A DNA stretch of 37,171 bases from Bacteroidota bacterium (GCA_007131635.1 SLQE01000162.1:1-37171); one strand, 5' to 3'. Counted from the stretch's first letter, positions 9,622 through 20,025 are shown. Numbers and translations: made by a program. The notes: a model not told the origin generated them from the sequence alone.

Positions 9622-10065
9622 TTACCTCTCCTTCAGATGCTCACCCTCGTAATTCCGAACTAACAGGCGAAAGGAGTCTGGAACCCTCATCGGTAATCCG
9701 GTTTTCTTCTGGAGCCAGACATGGACTGCCCGGTTTTTAGCTATGAATGCATTAGTGGATGCGTTGAGAAGTAATCCCTCAAAAATAAAGCTTGAATTGC
9801 CAATTTCCGGAATTCTGGTATAAACATCTATTTCCATATCGAAATAAGCCGGCGATAGATAATCGATTTCATTTCGTGAGAGGACAACGCGGTGGGACGA
9901 ATTGATTTTGTTGAGATCCAGATCAGCACCGATCGACTTCAGATACTCAACCCTTCCGATCTCACAATAGAGCAAATATACGGTATTATGCACAATTCCC
10001 TGCCAATCCACTTCGTAAGTGCGGACCCGCAGGGATGTTTTACAATGAAAATGTTCAAGTTCCAT
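9622..10065 (-). CDS. acyl-CoA thioesterase, hotdog fold (4HBT/YbgC-like)
   Basis: 147-aa ORF. LRVRTYEVDWQGIVHNTVYLLYCEIGRVEYL is the typical 4HBT N-terminal pattern (V.Y.DtD..G.V.n..Y..y.e.ar.e.l). Confidence 0.8.
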   Translation of the reverse strand: MELEHFHCKTSLRVRTYEVDWQGIVHNTVYLLYCEIGRVEYLKSIGADLDLNKINSSHRVVLSRNEIDYLSPAYFDMEIDVYTRIPEIGNSSFIFEGLLLNASTNAFIAKNRAVHVWLQKKTGLPMRVPDSFRLLVRNYEGEHLKER

Positions 10066-10067
10066 AG

Positions 10068-11099
10068 TTACTGTTTTAAAACGTTTCTGACAATCTCTGC
10101 TGCCGATTGAACTTCTTCCAGCGTTACGTCGAGATGAGTTACCGCCCTTATTTTACCGATCCCGATCGGAGTCAGTAGTACCCCATTATTCTTTAGAATA
10201 TCGAGTAATTTTGAGACAGAATCTGATGTGCGGTTACTTATATCAACGATGCACATATTGGTAGCCAGAGTACGAGGGAGAAAATCCAGTCCCTCTATAT
10301 CCATAAGGATTTCCCTGAATACCCGGGCTTTTTTATGATCTTCCGACATCCTTTCGATGTTGTTACGCACGGCAAACAATGCGGCAGCCGCGATAAGTCC
10401 GATCTGCCTCATGCCGCCCCCGAATATTTTCCGGTACCGTCGCGCCCGGGTAATAACTCCACGATCACCCACTACCATCGATCCAATGGGTGCACCTAAA
10501 CCTTTGGAAAAACAAACGGATATCGTATCAAATAGCGATCCATATTCTGCGAACGACACCCCCGATGCCACGGATGCATTCCAAATCCGCGCACCGTCGA
10601 GGTGAACACGAAGCCCGTGATTGCGGGCATTCTGACATATATCTTTCATGTGCTCGAAAGGATAAACCGCGCCGCCATGGCGGTTATGAGTGTTCTCCAG
10701 ACATAGCAGCGAAGATCTCGGCATATGGTAATCGTCAGGACGAATTGCTTTGTCAAGTTTTTCCGGTGAAAGAACTCCGTTATCGCTTTCAAGTGTATGA
10801 AGTTGCACGTTTGATAGCATCGACGGGGCAGCGGCTTCATAATGGAATATATGCGATTCGGCTTCAACTATTACCTCATCACCCGGATCCGTCAGCGTTT
10901 TAATTGCGAGCTGGTTGCCCATAACGCCGCTGGGTACGAATAAACCCGCCTCTTTTCCGAATAATCGGGCAACTTCTTCCTGGAGTGTATTTACCGTCGG
11001 ATCTTCTCCGAAAACATCATCACCCACCTCAGCTTCACATATCGCTTCAAGCATTGCAGGCGAAGGCCTCGTTACTGTGTCGCTTCTCAGATCAATCAT
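10068..11099 (-). CDS. ltaE: low-specificity L-threonine aldolase (PLP-dependent, beta-eliminating lyase family)
   Basis: [19 protein letters not shown]...[13 protein letters not shown]...[11 protein letters not shown] includes the PLP lysine. I place the start at ATG 11099 (M14 of the track ORF), which overlaps the lnt stop by 8 nt. Confidence 0.85.
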   Translation of the reverse strand: MIDLRSDTVTRPSPAMLEAICEAEVGDDVFGEDPTVNTLQEEVARLFGKEAGLFVPSGVMGNQLAIKTLTDPGDEVIVEAESHIFHYEAAAPSMLSNVQLHTLESDNGVLSPEKLDKAIRPDDYHMPRSSLLCLENTHNRHGGAVYPFEHMKDICQNARNHGLRVHLDGARIWNASVASGVSFAEYGSLFDTISVCFSKGLGAPIGSMVVGDRGVITRARRYRKIFGGGMRQIGLIAAAALFAVRNNIERMSEDHKKARVFREILMDIEGLDFLPRTLATNMCIVDISNRTSDSVSKLLDILKNNGVLLTPIGIGKIRAVTHLDVTLEEVQSAAEIVRNVLKQ

Positions 11100-12792
11100 T
11101 TGTATCTTCTTCTTTCCTATATTTATCCTGAAATGCAAATATACGTTTCCTCATCCGTTCACCGATTGATGCCACAACCGGGAGCACACCCAGAAGAAGG
11201 CAGATTTTGGAAAATGCATCTCCATAGCGTGCATAAAAAGTCATATGGCCGTAGACCGGGATTTCATAAATGGTCTGGGTCCGGGTAAATAATTCTGTTT
11301 CGTATAGAATTCGGCCATACGGATCGAGGAATGCGGAGATACCGCCGTTTGCTGATCGCGCAATTGCTCTGCGGTTTTCAATGGCTCGAAAAACCGACAT
11401 CTGCAGGTGTTGCCTCGGCCCGGGGGTTCTTCCCCACCAGCTGTCGTTTGTTATGACCACCAAAAATTCAGCACCTTTGTTTGTAAATTGCCTAACAAAT
11501 CCGGGATAAGCAGATTCATAGCAAATAACAGTTCCAAATTGCCGGATTCTTCCTTCATTGTCATAGAAAGAAAAAATTGTTGTATCCCGGCCGACATCCC
11601 ACCCTCCGACACCAATCGTTCTGCGGATCTTTACCGCAAATTCAAATACATCGCCAAAGGGGATTTTTTCTACAAACGGGACCAGTACGATTTTCCCGTA
11701 AAAATCATATTCCTCGACATCAGGATGGAGAAGAACAGCTGCATTGAACGACTGATACCGGTCCCCTGTTTCGGGAATTATTTTAGCAGACCTCGGGGCA
11801 TCTTCGGGATCGTCATAAAAAATCGTGTATGGTAATCCAAGAAGTATCGGGATATTATGTTCATCGACAAAATTCTGGATCATAGTACGGTATATGCGAT
11901 TATGCGGCCACATCAACGAGAAAGTCACGGCATTCTCAGGCCATACGATTATATCCGGAGCATCCGGGAGCAGCTGAGCAGACTGACCGAGAAGCTGATC
12001 GGTCAATAGGCGGCGGTTAATATCCCATTTTTCAAACGGATCGCTATCCGGTTGAACAACCCCTACCCTGACCGAGTCCCGATATGCCGGTTCAGTGGAC
12101 AACACGACAGATCCGTATATAAACGGAATAAAATGAATAAAAACGATCAATAATGCGGTAACGAGAGCGGGCACGGAAGTGGGTTTCCATCTTTTTGAAG
12201 AGATATTCATAACGAGATAAAAAGCAATCGCATTTATACAGATTATCCAGAAAGAGAGTCCGTACACGCCGGTAAACGAAATAAATTGAGAGCGCACAAT
12301 ATCGTAACTCTGTGTATTTCCAAGGGTTTGCCAGGGAAACGCGAGATCACCGATACTATGAATATACTCAAATCCTACCCAGATAAAAGGTAAAGAAACA
12401 AGTGCATATACTAATCCGAATGTTCGCCGGATTAATAGATAACCCAGCACAGGAACAAAGAAAAAGAACGGATGAGCCAGTATCAGCAAAGCTCCTCCGA
12501 ACATCTGCATTGTGTGCCGTCCGTGGACAAATCCGCCCATCCAATACACGGAAATGAGTTGAAGGATCAAAAATGCAACATATGTATATCGCAGTGCCCG
12601 GGCGTAGCCGTCGGTAAATTCAAATAGTAGCAACAGCGGAACCAACGCAAAACATGCAACAACGCCTAGCGGAAATGGCGGGAAAGAGATCCCCAATCCG
12701 ATACCGGTAAGCAAGGATAAGAACAAAAATAATCGCATTTGTCGTTTACCGTCAGTTAGAGATATTTTCTCCGGTGGCTTCATTTTCTTCAT
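11092..12792 (-). CDS. lnt: apolipoprotein N-acyltransferase
   Basis: The N-terminal half is polytopic. The C-terminal nitrilase-like domain carries E-K-C triad contexts ([29 protein letters not shown]). The start could instead be ATG 12738 ([10 protein letters not shown]), which would remove the 41-nt overlap with the PAP2 gene. Confidence 0.85.
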   Translation of the reverse strand: MKKMKPPEKISLTDGKRQMRLFLFLSLLTGIGLGISFPPFPLGVVACFALVPLLLLFEFTDGYARALRYTYVAFLILQLISVYWMGGFVHGRHTMQMFGGALLILAHPFFFFVPVLGYLLIRRTFGLVYALVSLPFIWVGFEYIHSIGDLAFPWQTLGNTQSYDIVRSQFISFTGVYGLSFWIICINAIAFYLVMNISSKRWKPTSVPALVTALLIVFIHFIPFIYGSVVLSTEPAYRDSVRVGVVQPDSDPFEKWDINRRLLTDQLLGQSAQLLPDAPDIIVWPENAVTFSLMWPHNRIYRTMIQNFVDEHNIPILLGLPYTIFYDDPEDAPRSAKIIPETGDRYQSFNAAVLLHPDVEEYDFYGKIVLVPFVEKIPFGDVFEFAVKIRRTIGVGGWDVGRDTTIFSFYDNEGRIRQFGTVICYESAYPGFVRQFTNKGAEFLVVITNDSWWGRTPGPRQHLQMSVFRAIENRRAIARSANGGISAFLDPYGRILYETELFTRTQTIYEIPVYGHMTFYARYGDAFSKICLLLGVLPVVASIGERMRKRIFAFQDKYRKEEDTND

Positions 12793-13411
12793 CTGTTTTT
12801 TCTTCGACTATTTCAATCTGTTTATTCCGTTTAAAAAATCTTGTATATAACCAATCGGAACTTAGCATAATGGCAATTATTGCGTAACCGCACACAATTC
12901 CGACTAAAAATCCTGCCATAACATCCGACGGGAAATGAACTCCAATGTAAATACGTGAAAAACCGATTAATACTGCAAAACTTATAAACCACCACTTCAA
13001 CCGCGGGTAGTAAAACGCTAAAAAGGTCGCGACTGAGGCGTTGTTTGCCGCATGTGATGAAGGGAACGACCTTCCGCCTCCGCACCCGACAAGTAATCTG
13101 ACATTTTCAACATTAAATATATCGTTGACGAAATGACAGGGACGGGATCTGTAAAAAATTGATTTCAATACCGAACTGTTAAACTGATCGGTAAGCGCCA
13201 CCACAAGTATCAGTCCGAACGCCACGATACGTCCTGTTTTACCTCCCCAGATTATGAGAGCAAGCAGTATAAGTCCAACGATGACAAAAGATATTGTATG
13301 TTTATTCAAGTCCGTTATGAAGGGCATGAGTATATCAAAAACAGGGTTCGCCACCGTCCGGTTAAAAAACGAAAACAGCAGTCGATCAATATATATAAAA
13401 AATTCAATCAA
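12752..13411 (-). CDS. PAP2-family membrane phosphatase (undecaprenyl-diphosphatase/PgpB-like)
   Basis: 219-aa polytopic ORF with the three PAP2 motifs: K..FYRSRP, PSSH and SRIYIGVHFPSD. Confidence 0.8.
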   Translation of the reverse strand: MIEFFIYIDRLLFSFFNRTVANPVFDILMPFITDLNKHTISFVIVGLILLALIIWGGKTGRIVAFGLILVVALTDQFNSSVLKSIFYRSRPCHFVNDIFNVENVRLLVGCGGGRSFPSSHAANNASVATFLAFYYPRLKWWFISFAVLIGFSRIYIGVHFPSDVMAGFLVGIVCGYAIIAIMLSSDWLYTRFFKRNKQIEIVEEKTDEENEATGENISN

Positions 13412-13423
13412 ATTATATCTACA

Positions 13424-13924
13424 TTATTCTGGTTTCAAAGATTGGAGTGTAGCAATGGCGATTGCCGCAGCTCCCTCCGATCTTCCTAATGCTCCAAGCG
13501 TTTCGTTCGTTGTTGCTTTAATATTTACCTGTGAAGATTCAATATGCAGCACTTCGGATAATGTTTCACACATCAGTTTTGTATAGTTCGAAATTTTCGG
13601 CTTTTCCATAATGAGCGTGGCATCTATGTTAGCGATTTTGTAGGATTGCCGGGTCAACATCGGTCGTATTTTTTCGAGCAAGACTATACTTCGGATATCC
13701 TTCCATTTCGGATCGGTATTGGGAAAATGCTGACCGATATCGCCAAGCGCCGCCGCACCGAGCAACGCATCCGCGATCGCGTGTATTAAAACGTCGGCAT
13801 CGCTATGCCCTTCCAATCCAAAGTCGGAGGGAATTCTTACACCTCCGAGCCAGAGGTCCCGTTTTTCTACAAAACGGTGTATATCATATCCGATTCCTGA
13901 GCGAATTATCATATCTGTCCTCAA
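13424..13924 (-). CDS. ispF: 2-C-methyl-D-erythritol 2,4-cyclodiphosphate synthase
   Basis: IGYDIHRF...GHSDADVLIHAIADALLGAAALGDIGQHFP is the IspF signature. The start is ATG 13924 or 13912. Confidence 0.93.
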   Translation of the reverse strand: MRTDMIIRSGIGYDIHRFVEKRDLWLGGVRIPSDFGLEGHSDADVLIHAIADALLGAAALGDIGQHFPNTDPKWKDIRSIVLLEKIRPMLTRQSYKIANIDATLIMEKPKISNYTKLMCETLSEVLHIESSQVNIKATTNETLGALGRSEGAAAIAIATLQSLKPE

Positions 13925-14202
13925 TATAATGAAAATTCTTTGTAATTCTTAGGTTCAAGCCACTCGACTCGCATATCGGCGATATGTGCGAATCTGGGAC
14001 CAATTTTTATTTCTCCCAGATAACCGGATACGGCAGATTTGTCACCTTCGGCATCAATTTCAACGTTCCCATTCGGCAAATTTTTTGCATATCCGGTTAT
14101 GTTATAGCGATCGGCAAGGCGGGATGCAAAATATCTGAAGCCCACACCCTGTACTATACCGCTTACAATTGCTTTTGCTCGGACCATAGTGAAAATCCCC
14201 AT
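13921..14202 (-). CDS. acyP: acylphosphatase
   Basis: 93-aa ORF. The VSGIVQGVGFRYF...GYAKNLPNGNVE pattern is diagnostic. There is a 4-nt overlap with the ispF start. The start may be the internal ATG at 14187. Confidence 0.85.
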   Translation of the reverse strand: MGIFTMVRAKAIVSGIVQGVGFRYFASRLADRYNITGYAKNLPNGNVEIDAEGDKSAVSGYLGEIKIGPRFAHIADMRVEWLEPKNYKEFSLY

Positions 14203-15068
14203 TTATCCAATAGATCGGACAGTTCCGATACGAGTATTCCGAAAATAATGATTGCACCTCCGATTACTCCCCGCAGCCCTAACAGCTCGTGCAGAACGAA
14301 GAATGCCAACAATGCGGCGAATACAGGTTCAAGCGTAAAAATAATAGCCGCGCGGGTCGGTGTCGTGTATCTCTGATATTCAGTATGTAAATATGTATTT
14401 ATCACTGTTGCAAGAATTGCAGTATAAGCCAGCGCAAACAATAAATTACCGGTTACGGAGAATTGAATAGTTTCGAATCCCGCCGCAAAAAGAAAACTCA
14501 AGACCATCACTGTACAAATTTGCAAATACACTAGATGTATTATGGAATACTTTTTCGAAAATACATCGATATAAACAATATATAACGCAAAAAAGAATGC
14601 ACAAACAAGGGTTAACCCATCACCGATATTAAAAGATGCTCCGGCCGGTGATGTAAGAAAATAAAGGCCAATAACAACCAGAATAACACCGATAACATTA
14701 CCCGGACGCGGTGCCCGTCTTTCGATGAACATCTGGAGAATCGGTGTGAATACTACCGCTAAGCCCGTTATAAATCCTGATTTTGACGCCGTGGTATATT
14801 GCAAACCGAGAGTTTGTGTGGAAAATCCAAGAAACATTATTGTTCCGAGAATTATTCCGGCTCTGATGACCGGTGCCGTAAATCCTTTTAATTTTGTTAT
14901 AATAAAAGGAGTTACCATAATAGTTGCAATGAAAAAACGCGTACCGACAAAAAACAACGGAGATGTATCTTCAAGGGCACCTTTGATTACCACAAACGTT
15001 CCGCCCCATATAAGTGTTATAATTACAAGGACGGCTTCTGCCCGACGGCGCTGAGTATTGTCTTTCAA
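14163..15068 (-). CDS. EamA/DMT-family transporter (10 TM)
   Basis: Two EamA repeats with IWGGTFVVIK near the N-terminus. The track ORF runs to a TTG at 15161, but its first 31 codons (MSIIFYKHLALYNNFVYYYLIYSIIIYLNPK) look like translated AT-rich intergenic DNA. TTG 15068 (LKDNTQRRR...) is the more likely start. Confidence 0.78.
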   Translation of the reverse strand: MKDNTQRRRAEAVLVIITLIWGGTFVVIKGALEDTSPLFFVGTRFFIATIMVTPFIITKLKGFTAPVIRAGIILGTIMFLGFSTQTLGLQYTTASKSGFITGLAVVFTPILQMFIERRAPRPGNVIGVILVVIGLYFLTSPAGASFNIGDGLTLVCAFFFALYIVYIDVFSKKYSIIHLVYLQICTVMVLSFLFAAGFETIQFSVTGNLLFALAYTAILATVINTYLHTEYQRYTTPTRAAIIFTLEPVFAALLAFFVLHELLGLRGVIGGAIIIFGILVSELSDLLDKWGFSLWSEQKQL

Positions 15069-15154
15069 TTTGGGATTTAAATAAATAATGATGCTGTAAA
15101 TTAAGTAGTAATATACAAAATTATTATATAATGCTAAATGTTTGTAAAATATGA

Positions 15155-15183
15155 TTGACAATCAATATTATATTCTTTATTTT
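15155..15183 (+). promoter_or_regulatory. candidate sigma-70 promoter for hrcA-grpE-dnaJ
   Basis: TTGACA, a 17-nt spacer and TATTTT lie in the AT-rich divergent region about 50 nt upstream of the hrcA ATG. My base counting in this region disagrees with the ORF track by 1 nt, so coordinates may be off by 1. No CIRCE is seen here. Confidence 0.3.
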
Positions 15184-15234
15184 TTCTAAATTATCAATAA
15201 TTTCGTATTTTGTATAAGAGAAACGAATTGACCG

Positions 15235-16278
15235 ATGAGTGCAAGACCAAAAAAAGACGATTTGAACGAGAGGGACCGGGTAGTTCTGCGCCATGTTGTA
15301 CAGAATTTTATTTTGACTGCAAATCCGGTCGGTTCACGTTTCCTTGCAAAAAATTGCGGCTTGAATTTGTCCCCGGCTACAATCCGTAATCTTATGGCGG
15401 ATCTTGAGGAACGCGGCTATCTTATTCATCCGCATACCTCTGCCGGCAGAGTTCCGACAGATAAAGGGTATCGGGTCTACGTCGATATGCTTATGAATAT
15501 CGAGCATTTAACGTCAAAGGAAGTGGAAAAAATTGAACGTAAACTCGATAATGTCGAAGACCGCGAAGTCTTGCTTGCTCAGGCATCCGATTTGTTGGGT
15601 AACATTTCAAGTCAGTTAAGTATAGTTACAAACCCGCAGCTCGCAACCGGCAAGTTTGACCGTCTCGAGATCATATCGATCTCGAGCAACCGCATTATGA
15701 TCATTATAACGATACAGGGCGGCATTATCAAAACACTGGTGATGGAGATCCGATCCGTCGTGAGTCGCGATAAACTGGATACAATTGCACAGATACTGAA
15801 CGAACGGCTGCACGGTTTGCCGTTACGGGAGATTCGCCAAACGTTCTCGGACCGGGTCAGAGATGTTCAAAACGAGGACACAGGTCTTATCCGCTTGTTT
15901 GTTGAATCGGTCGATGAATTATTCACCGATATCAGGGAACGGGACCGGTTTTATTTAAGCGGTACCAGTGATATATTAAAAAATCCGGAATTTAATTCAC
16001 CGGAAAAAATCAGAAGTGTTATTGAATTGATTGATGATAAAGAGATAATCATTCATGTCCTTGAAAGTCAGAGCGAGAAAGCAAGGGACATCGCGATATC
16101 GATTGGAAATGAAAATCCCGAAAAACGTATGAAAAATTACAGTGTCATAACGACACGCTATGTGATAGGTGATATCTATGGCACGGTTAGTGTCATTGGT
16201 CCCAAAAGGATGAATTATTCCAGAATTATTCCATTGGTTGATCATATTGCAAAAACGATTACACAACGAGCATCATAA
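15235..16278 (+). CDS. hrcA: heat-inducible transcription repressor HrcA
   Basis: 347-aa ORF. The winged-helix N-terminus is RDRVVLRHVVQNFILTANPVGSRFLAK...LSPATIRNLMADLEERGYLIHPHTSAGRVPTDKGYR. grpE follows it. Confidence 0.93.
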   Translation: MSARPKKDDLNERDRVVLRHVVQNFILTANPVGSRFLAKNCGLNLSPATIRNLMADLEERGYLIHPHTSAGRVPTDKGYRVYVDMLMNIEHLTSKEVEKIERKLDNVEDREVLLAQASDLLGNISSQLSIVTNPQLATGKFDRLEIISISSNRIMIIITIQGGIIKTLVMEIRSVVSRDKLDTIAQILNERLHGLPLREIRQTFSDRVRDVQNEDTGLIRLFVESVDELFTDIRERDRFYLSGTSDILKNPEFNSPEKIRSVIELIDDKEIIIHVLESQSEKARDIAISIGNENPEKRMKNYSVITTRYVIGDIYGTVSVIGPKRMNYSRIIPLVDHIAKTITQRAS

Positions 16279-16310
16279 AATTATTGTCATGGAGGTAGTA
16301 GAAATAGTAT

Positions 16311-16967
16311 ATGAGTGAGAAGAATAAAAATCATGGAGCAGACGATCGCAAACAAAACCAAATTATTGAAGACACAAACGCAGATGAGGTTCAATCCTCT
16401 CAACAAGATGAAATCGATGACAGTATAACGGAGGAAAAAATACAGGAACTACAGGAAAGAATAGCACAGCTTGAAAAAGAACGGGATGATTTAAAGGATA
16501 GATTCCTTCGGAAAGCTGCTGAATTTGAAAATTACAAACGTCGCACCGAGCAGGAACTCAGTGCATTTTCAAAATACGCCCATGAACAGTTTATCGTCGA
16601 TTTACTCCCTATCCTTGATGATTTCGAACGATCTCTTCAGATCAGTAAAGAACGACGTGAATTCGGTCCCTTTTACAAAGGCGTTGAACTCATATATAAA
16701 AAATTTTACAACCTGCTCGAATCAAAGGGCGTAAAACCCATAGAAGCCGAGGGGAAACCATTTGACGTTGAACTGCATAACGCACTAATGCAGGTACCGA
16801 AAGATAATGTTAAACCGAATACCGTGATCGAAGAGGTCGAAAAAGGATATATATACAATGATAAGATCGTTCGTTATGCAAAGGTCATTGTTGCAAAAGA
16901 GCAGGATGACGATAACCCACAGGATGAGACAAACGGGGAAAGATTGAATAAGAGGGAGAACTCGTAA
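16311..16967 (+). CDS. grpE: nucleotide exchange factor GrpE
   Basis: 218-aa ORF with the coiled-coil [18 protein letters not shown] and the C-terminal motifs [12 protein letters not shown] and [23 protein letters not shown] upstream. Confidence 0.93.
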   Translation: MSEKNKNHGADDRKQNQIIEDTNADEVQSSQQDEIDDSITEEKIQELQERIAQLEKERDDLKDRFLRKAAEFENYKRRTEQELSAFSKYAHEQFIVDLLPILDDFERSLQISKERREFGPFYKGVELIYKKFYNLLESKGVKPIEAEGKPFDVELHNALMQVPKDNVKPNTVIEEVEKGYIYNDKIVRYAKVIVAKEQDDDNPQDETNGERLNKRENS

Positions 16968-18136
16968 TGCAGAAGAGGGATTATTATGAAATCCTTGGAG
17001 TCTCACGGACTGCATCACAGGATGAAATAAAGAAATCATACAGAAAACTGGCACTACAGTATCATCCGGATAAAAACCCGAATAATCCCGATGCAGAGAA
17101 AAAATTTAAAGAATGTGCCGAGGCATATGAAGTGTTACGCGATGCGGATAAACGGGCACGGTACGATCGCTTCGGCCATGAAGGTATGCGATCAAGCGAC
17201 TTCGGCGGATTCCGGGATGTGGATGATATCTTTAGCGCATTCGGAGATATTTTCGGAGGCGGCTTTGGCGGTTCAATATTTGAAGAAGTATTCACCGGTG
17301 GCCGGAGCAGAAGCGGCAGAGCCAGATCATACACCGGAACCGCAGGCAGCGATCTGAAAATAAAACTAAAATTATCGCTCGAAGAAGTTGCCAAGGGTGC
17401 AAAGAAAAACTTAAAAATTAAAAAACATGTCAGTTGTAGTACCTGCTCGGGCACAGGTGCCGGCAGCAGCGACGGATACAGACGGTGTGAATATTGTAAC
17501 GGTAGCGGTGAAATTCGACAGGTCTCCCGTTCCGTCTTCGGTCAGTTTGTGAATATTACCCCCTGCTCAAATTGCGGAGGCAGCGGAAAAATCCTGTCAA
17601 TACCGTGTAAATCCTGTGACGGTGAAGGGCGAAAGCAGAGTAATGAAACGATAGAAGTAACCATCCCGGCAGGAGTATCCGAAGGACAGTATCTTACACT
17701 CCGTAACCAGGGTAATGCTGGGCGTCGTGACGGTCCTGCGGGAGATCTCATTGTCGTAATCGAGGAAGAACACCACGATAGTTTTATCCGAAAGGGCGAT
17801 GATATAATTTACGATCTGCTCGTAAGTTATCCGGTTGCCGTCATGGGAGGAGATGTTGAAGTTCCAACCTTAAACGGCCGGGTACGAATGAAAATCGATC
17901 CCGGCACACCATCCGGTCGTATCCTCCGGATGAGGGGAAAAGGAATTCAGCATCTGAACGGAGGCGGTTCAGGTGATCAACTGGTAAGGATCAATGTGTG
18001 GGTACCGAAGAAAGTCACGGCAAAGGAGAAAGAGCTTATTCGGGAACTGGAGAAATACCAAAATATTCATCCAAAAGAATCAGATCAATCCGAAAATAAA
18101 AGTTTCTTTGAAAAAATTAAAGATGTTTTTAATTAA
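16967..18136 (+). CDS. dnaJ: molecular chaperone DnaJ
   Basis: J-domain (DYYEILGV...YHPDKN), a G/F region and four CxxCxGxG repeats ([32 protein letters not shown]). The start overlaps the grpE stop as TAATG. Confidence 0.96.
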   Translation: MQKRDYYEILGVSRTASQDEIKKSYRKLALQYHPDKNPNNPDAEKKFKECAEAYEVLRDADKRARYDRFGHEGMRSSDFGGFRDVDDIFSAFGDIFGGGFGGSIFEEVFTGGRSRSGRARSYTGTAGSDLKIKLKLSLEEVAKGAKKNLKIKKHVSCSTCSGTGAGSSDGYRRCEYCNGSGEIRQVSRSVFGQFVNITPCSNCGGSGKILSIPCKSCDGEGRKQSNETIEVTIPAGVSEGQYLTLRNQGNAGRRDGPAGDLIVVIEEEHHDSFIRKGDDIIYDLLVSYPVAVMGGDVEVPTLNGRVRMKIDPGTPSGRILRMRGKGIQHLNGGGSGDQLVRINVWVPKKVTAKEKELIRELEKYQNIHPKESDQSENKSFFEKIKDVFN

Positions 18137-18141
18137 ATGCG

Positions 18142-18582
18142 ATGAGTATCATCAGAAATATCACCCGTCTGCTCTCGTTTACTGAAAACGAGAAAAGAAT
18201 TTTAATATTGCTTGCAGTCGGGTTTATGGTGGGGATCGGCATTGCGGCATACCAGGGATTTCGTGCAGAACTGACGGTGGAAGATTTCAGCGAGCAATAC
18301 CGTGAACAGGACTCAATCTTTGTTGAGCGATCAGGTCCGGTACCGGACGATGAGCCGGATGCTGCTCCCCCATTGATTTTGCTCACACCAAACAGTATTA
18401 ATGTAAATACAGCAACAAAAAGTGAATTAACGTTACTGCCGGGTATCGGAGATGCGTACGCGGAGCGAATTATTCTTTATCGTGAAGATTACGGACCGTT
18501 CACATCACCAGAAGAGTTGTTGAATATAAGCGGTATCGGGGCGCGCCGGTTGGAACAAATTAAACCTTATATCACATTCTAA
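18142..18582 (+). CDS. comEA: ComEA-family helix-hairpin-helix DNA-binding protein with an N-terminal membrane anchor
   Basis: 146-aa ORF with a TM segment (ILILLAVGFMVGIGIAAY) and the C-terminal (HhH)2 region INVNTATKSELTLLPGIGDAYAERII..R...GPFTSPEELLNISGIGARRLEQIKPYI. Confidence 0.8.
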   Translation: MSIIRNITRLLSFTENEKRILILLAVGFMVGIGIAAYQGFRAELTVEDFSEQYREQDSIFVERSGPVPDDEPDAAPPLILLTPNSINVNTATKSELTLLPGIGDAYAERIILYREDYGPFTSPEELLNISGIGARRLEQIKPYITF

Positions 18583-18614
18583 TCAACTCTAACTTTGACC
18601 AGGAGGAATATTTC

Positions 18615-19076
18615 ATGGCAGTTCATAAAAAAGCACGCGGTTCTGTTTTACTGAAAATCATAATCGTTATATTGTTGGCTGTACTCATCTATACCTTGTG
18701 GGAGCCATTTGAAGTTATCAGGACCGAAGATCGACAAAGAACCGAATCCCGACTCCGGATGACAAATATCCGTAATGCTCAAATGTTCTATTTTCGGCAA
18801 TACCAAACCTATCAACGTGATGTAGACAGTTTGATTACCTGGATACAATCCGACAGTCTCGTCGTCGCTAAATCGGATAGTCTCTTCCGACCTCTCCGTC
18901 TCGGTGAGTTTGTTGCAGACTCTTTACGATACTCTCCACGCAGTCACAGGAGATATGTTATTGAAGTCGACGACTCATCGGCTACACACCGGTATTATAT
19001 CGAATGCCCGGACGGATTTGGTTACGTAAGCTCGATAGATGACCTATCACAGTTACACAGACCCAGCTGGGAATAA
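18615..19076 (+). CDS. hypothetical membrane-anchored protein (possible non-canonical pilin-like protein)
   Basis: 153-aa ORF with an AGGAGG SD about 8 nt upstream. It has a basic N-terminus plus one TM helix (KKARGSVLLKIIIVILLAVLIYTLW). It lacks a prepilin G/FTLIE cleavage motif. The post-TM segment (RLRMTNIRNAQMFYFRQYQTY) and the C-terminal YYIECPDGFGYV...SW only loosely resemble short pseudopilins. Confidence 0.5.
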   Translation: MAVHKKARGSVLLKIIIVILLAVLIYTLWEPFEVIRTEDRQRTESRLRMTNIRNAQMFYFRQYQTYQRDVDSLITWIQSDSLVVAKSDSLFRPLRLGEFVADSLRYSPRSHRRYVIEVDDSSATHRYYIECPDGFGYVSSIDDLSQLHRPSWE

Positions 19077-19097
19077 CAACTCCGAACGGAATCCGAT

Positions 19098-20021
19098 ATG
19101 ATCGGTTTATATGTACAACAAGATACCATCCGGGGAATTGATATTGTCAAAAAGAGGCGCGGATATGCTGTAAAAGCTATCGCTGAAGAGACGGTACACC
19201 TTCCGATGCCCGAATATTTACGGACACTGGATAATAACGATGAATACGATTATTTTATAAGTAACTTTTCTTCTTCGTTGGTAAAGCTCCTCTCCGCTCC
19301 CGGATTTATTAGTAATGAAATAGCCGTTGCCGTCGATATCCGTAACGTATTTATCCACACTGTACCTTTTGACGGTGATTTTACTCCCGACAAACTGGCA
19401 CAATTAATTGAGTGGGAACTCACGCATTACTTCCCTATTATACCGAGTGATGCGTTTCTGTTCGACACCTATAATCCCGGATTTAATCCTGCAAAGGATA
19501 TTTCTCCCAAATTTATCTATACCGCCGTACTTCGATCGTATATACATCTTATTCAGCGGGGCATTAAAGAAGCCGGTAAAAAATTGGTTTCAATTAATGT
19601 TGACCAGTTTACGCTCGAGAATTTATTAAAATTGTCGGTAAAAGATAAAAAACGGGAACGGTCCACTGCCGTCTGTTTTCGACACGATGGTATGCTCTTT
19701 TGCAGTTTATTATGGAATAATCGCCTGGTGCGTTACCGTGAATATACAATCGATGAAAACAATCCGCCCGAAAAACGTATCGGCATGTTTTTGAATTCAC
19801 TCGGCGGACCACAAGGGAAGGTCGAGCACCGGATTTATTATTATCCCTACGATGAAACTATCATCGAGTCAACCGAGAAAAATACAGGTTGGATCTTTGA
19901 ACGATTGCAGGTTTTCGGCGGCGTAAAGCTGACGCGTAAAGCGAGGAAATCGTTACCTGAATCGTTACACGTGCAGGAAGGATATGCACCGGCGATTTCA
20001 GTCGCATTACAAAGCACATAA
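19098..20021 (+). CDS. PilM-like (actin/FtsA-fold) protein, degenerate nucleotide-binding N-terminus
   Basis: 307-aa ORF. By eye it matches PilM-family blocks: IGLYVQQDTIRGIDI (vs IGLDIGsssIK), AVAVDIRNVFIHTVPF...LAQLIEWELTHYFP (vs r.i.lP.m...EL..ai..Ea..yiP) and LIQRGIKEAGKKLVSINVDQFTLENL (vs aGL.p..vDv..fAl.n). The assignment is tentative. Confidence 0.45.
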   Translation: MIGLYVQQDTIRGIDIVKKRRGYAVKAIAEETVHLPMPEYLRTLDNNDEYDYFISNFSSSLVKLLSAPGFISNEIAVAVDIRNVFIHTVPFDGDFTPDKLAQLIEWELTHYFPIIPSDAFLFDTYNPGFNPAKDISPKFIYTAVLRSYIHLIQRGIKEAGKKLVSINVDQFTLENLLKLSVKDKKRERSTAVCFRHDGMLFCSLLWNNRLVRYREYTIDENNPPEKRIGMFLNSLGGPQGKVEHRIYYYPYDETIIESTEKNTGWIFERLQVFGGVKLTRKARKSLPESLHVQEGYAPAISVALQST

Positions 20022-20025
20022 ATCC

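Noticed and set aside
15069-15161. TTG-initiated 31-codon extension of the EamA transporter ORF
   Set aside because: The translation (I/Y/N/L-rich) reflects AT-rich promoter DNA shared with divergent hrcA. The EamA N-terminal pattern begins right after an internal TTG at 15068.
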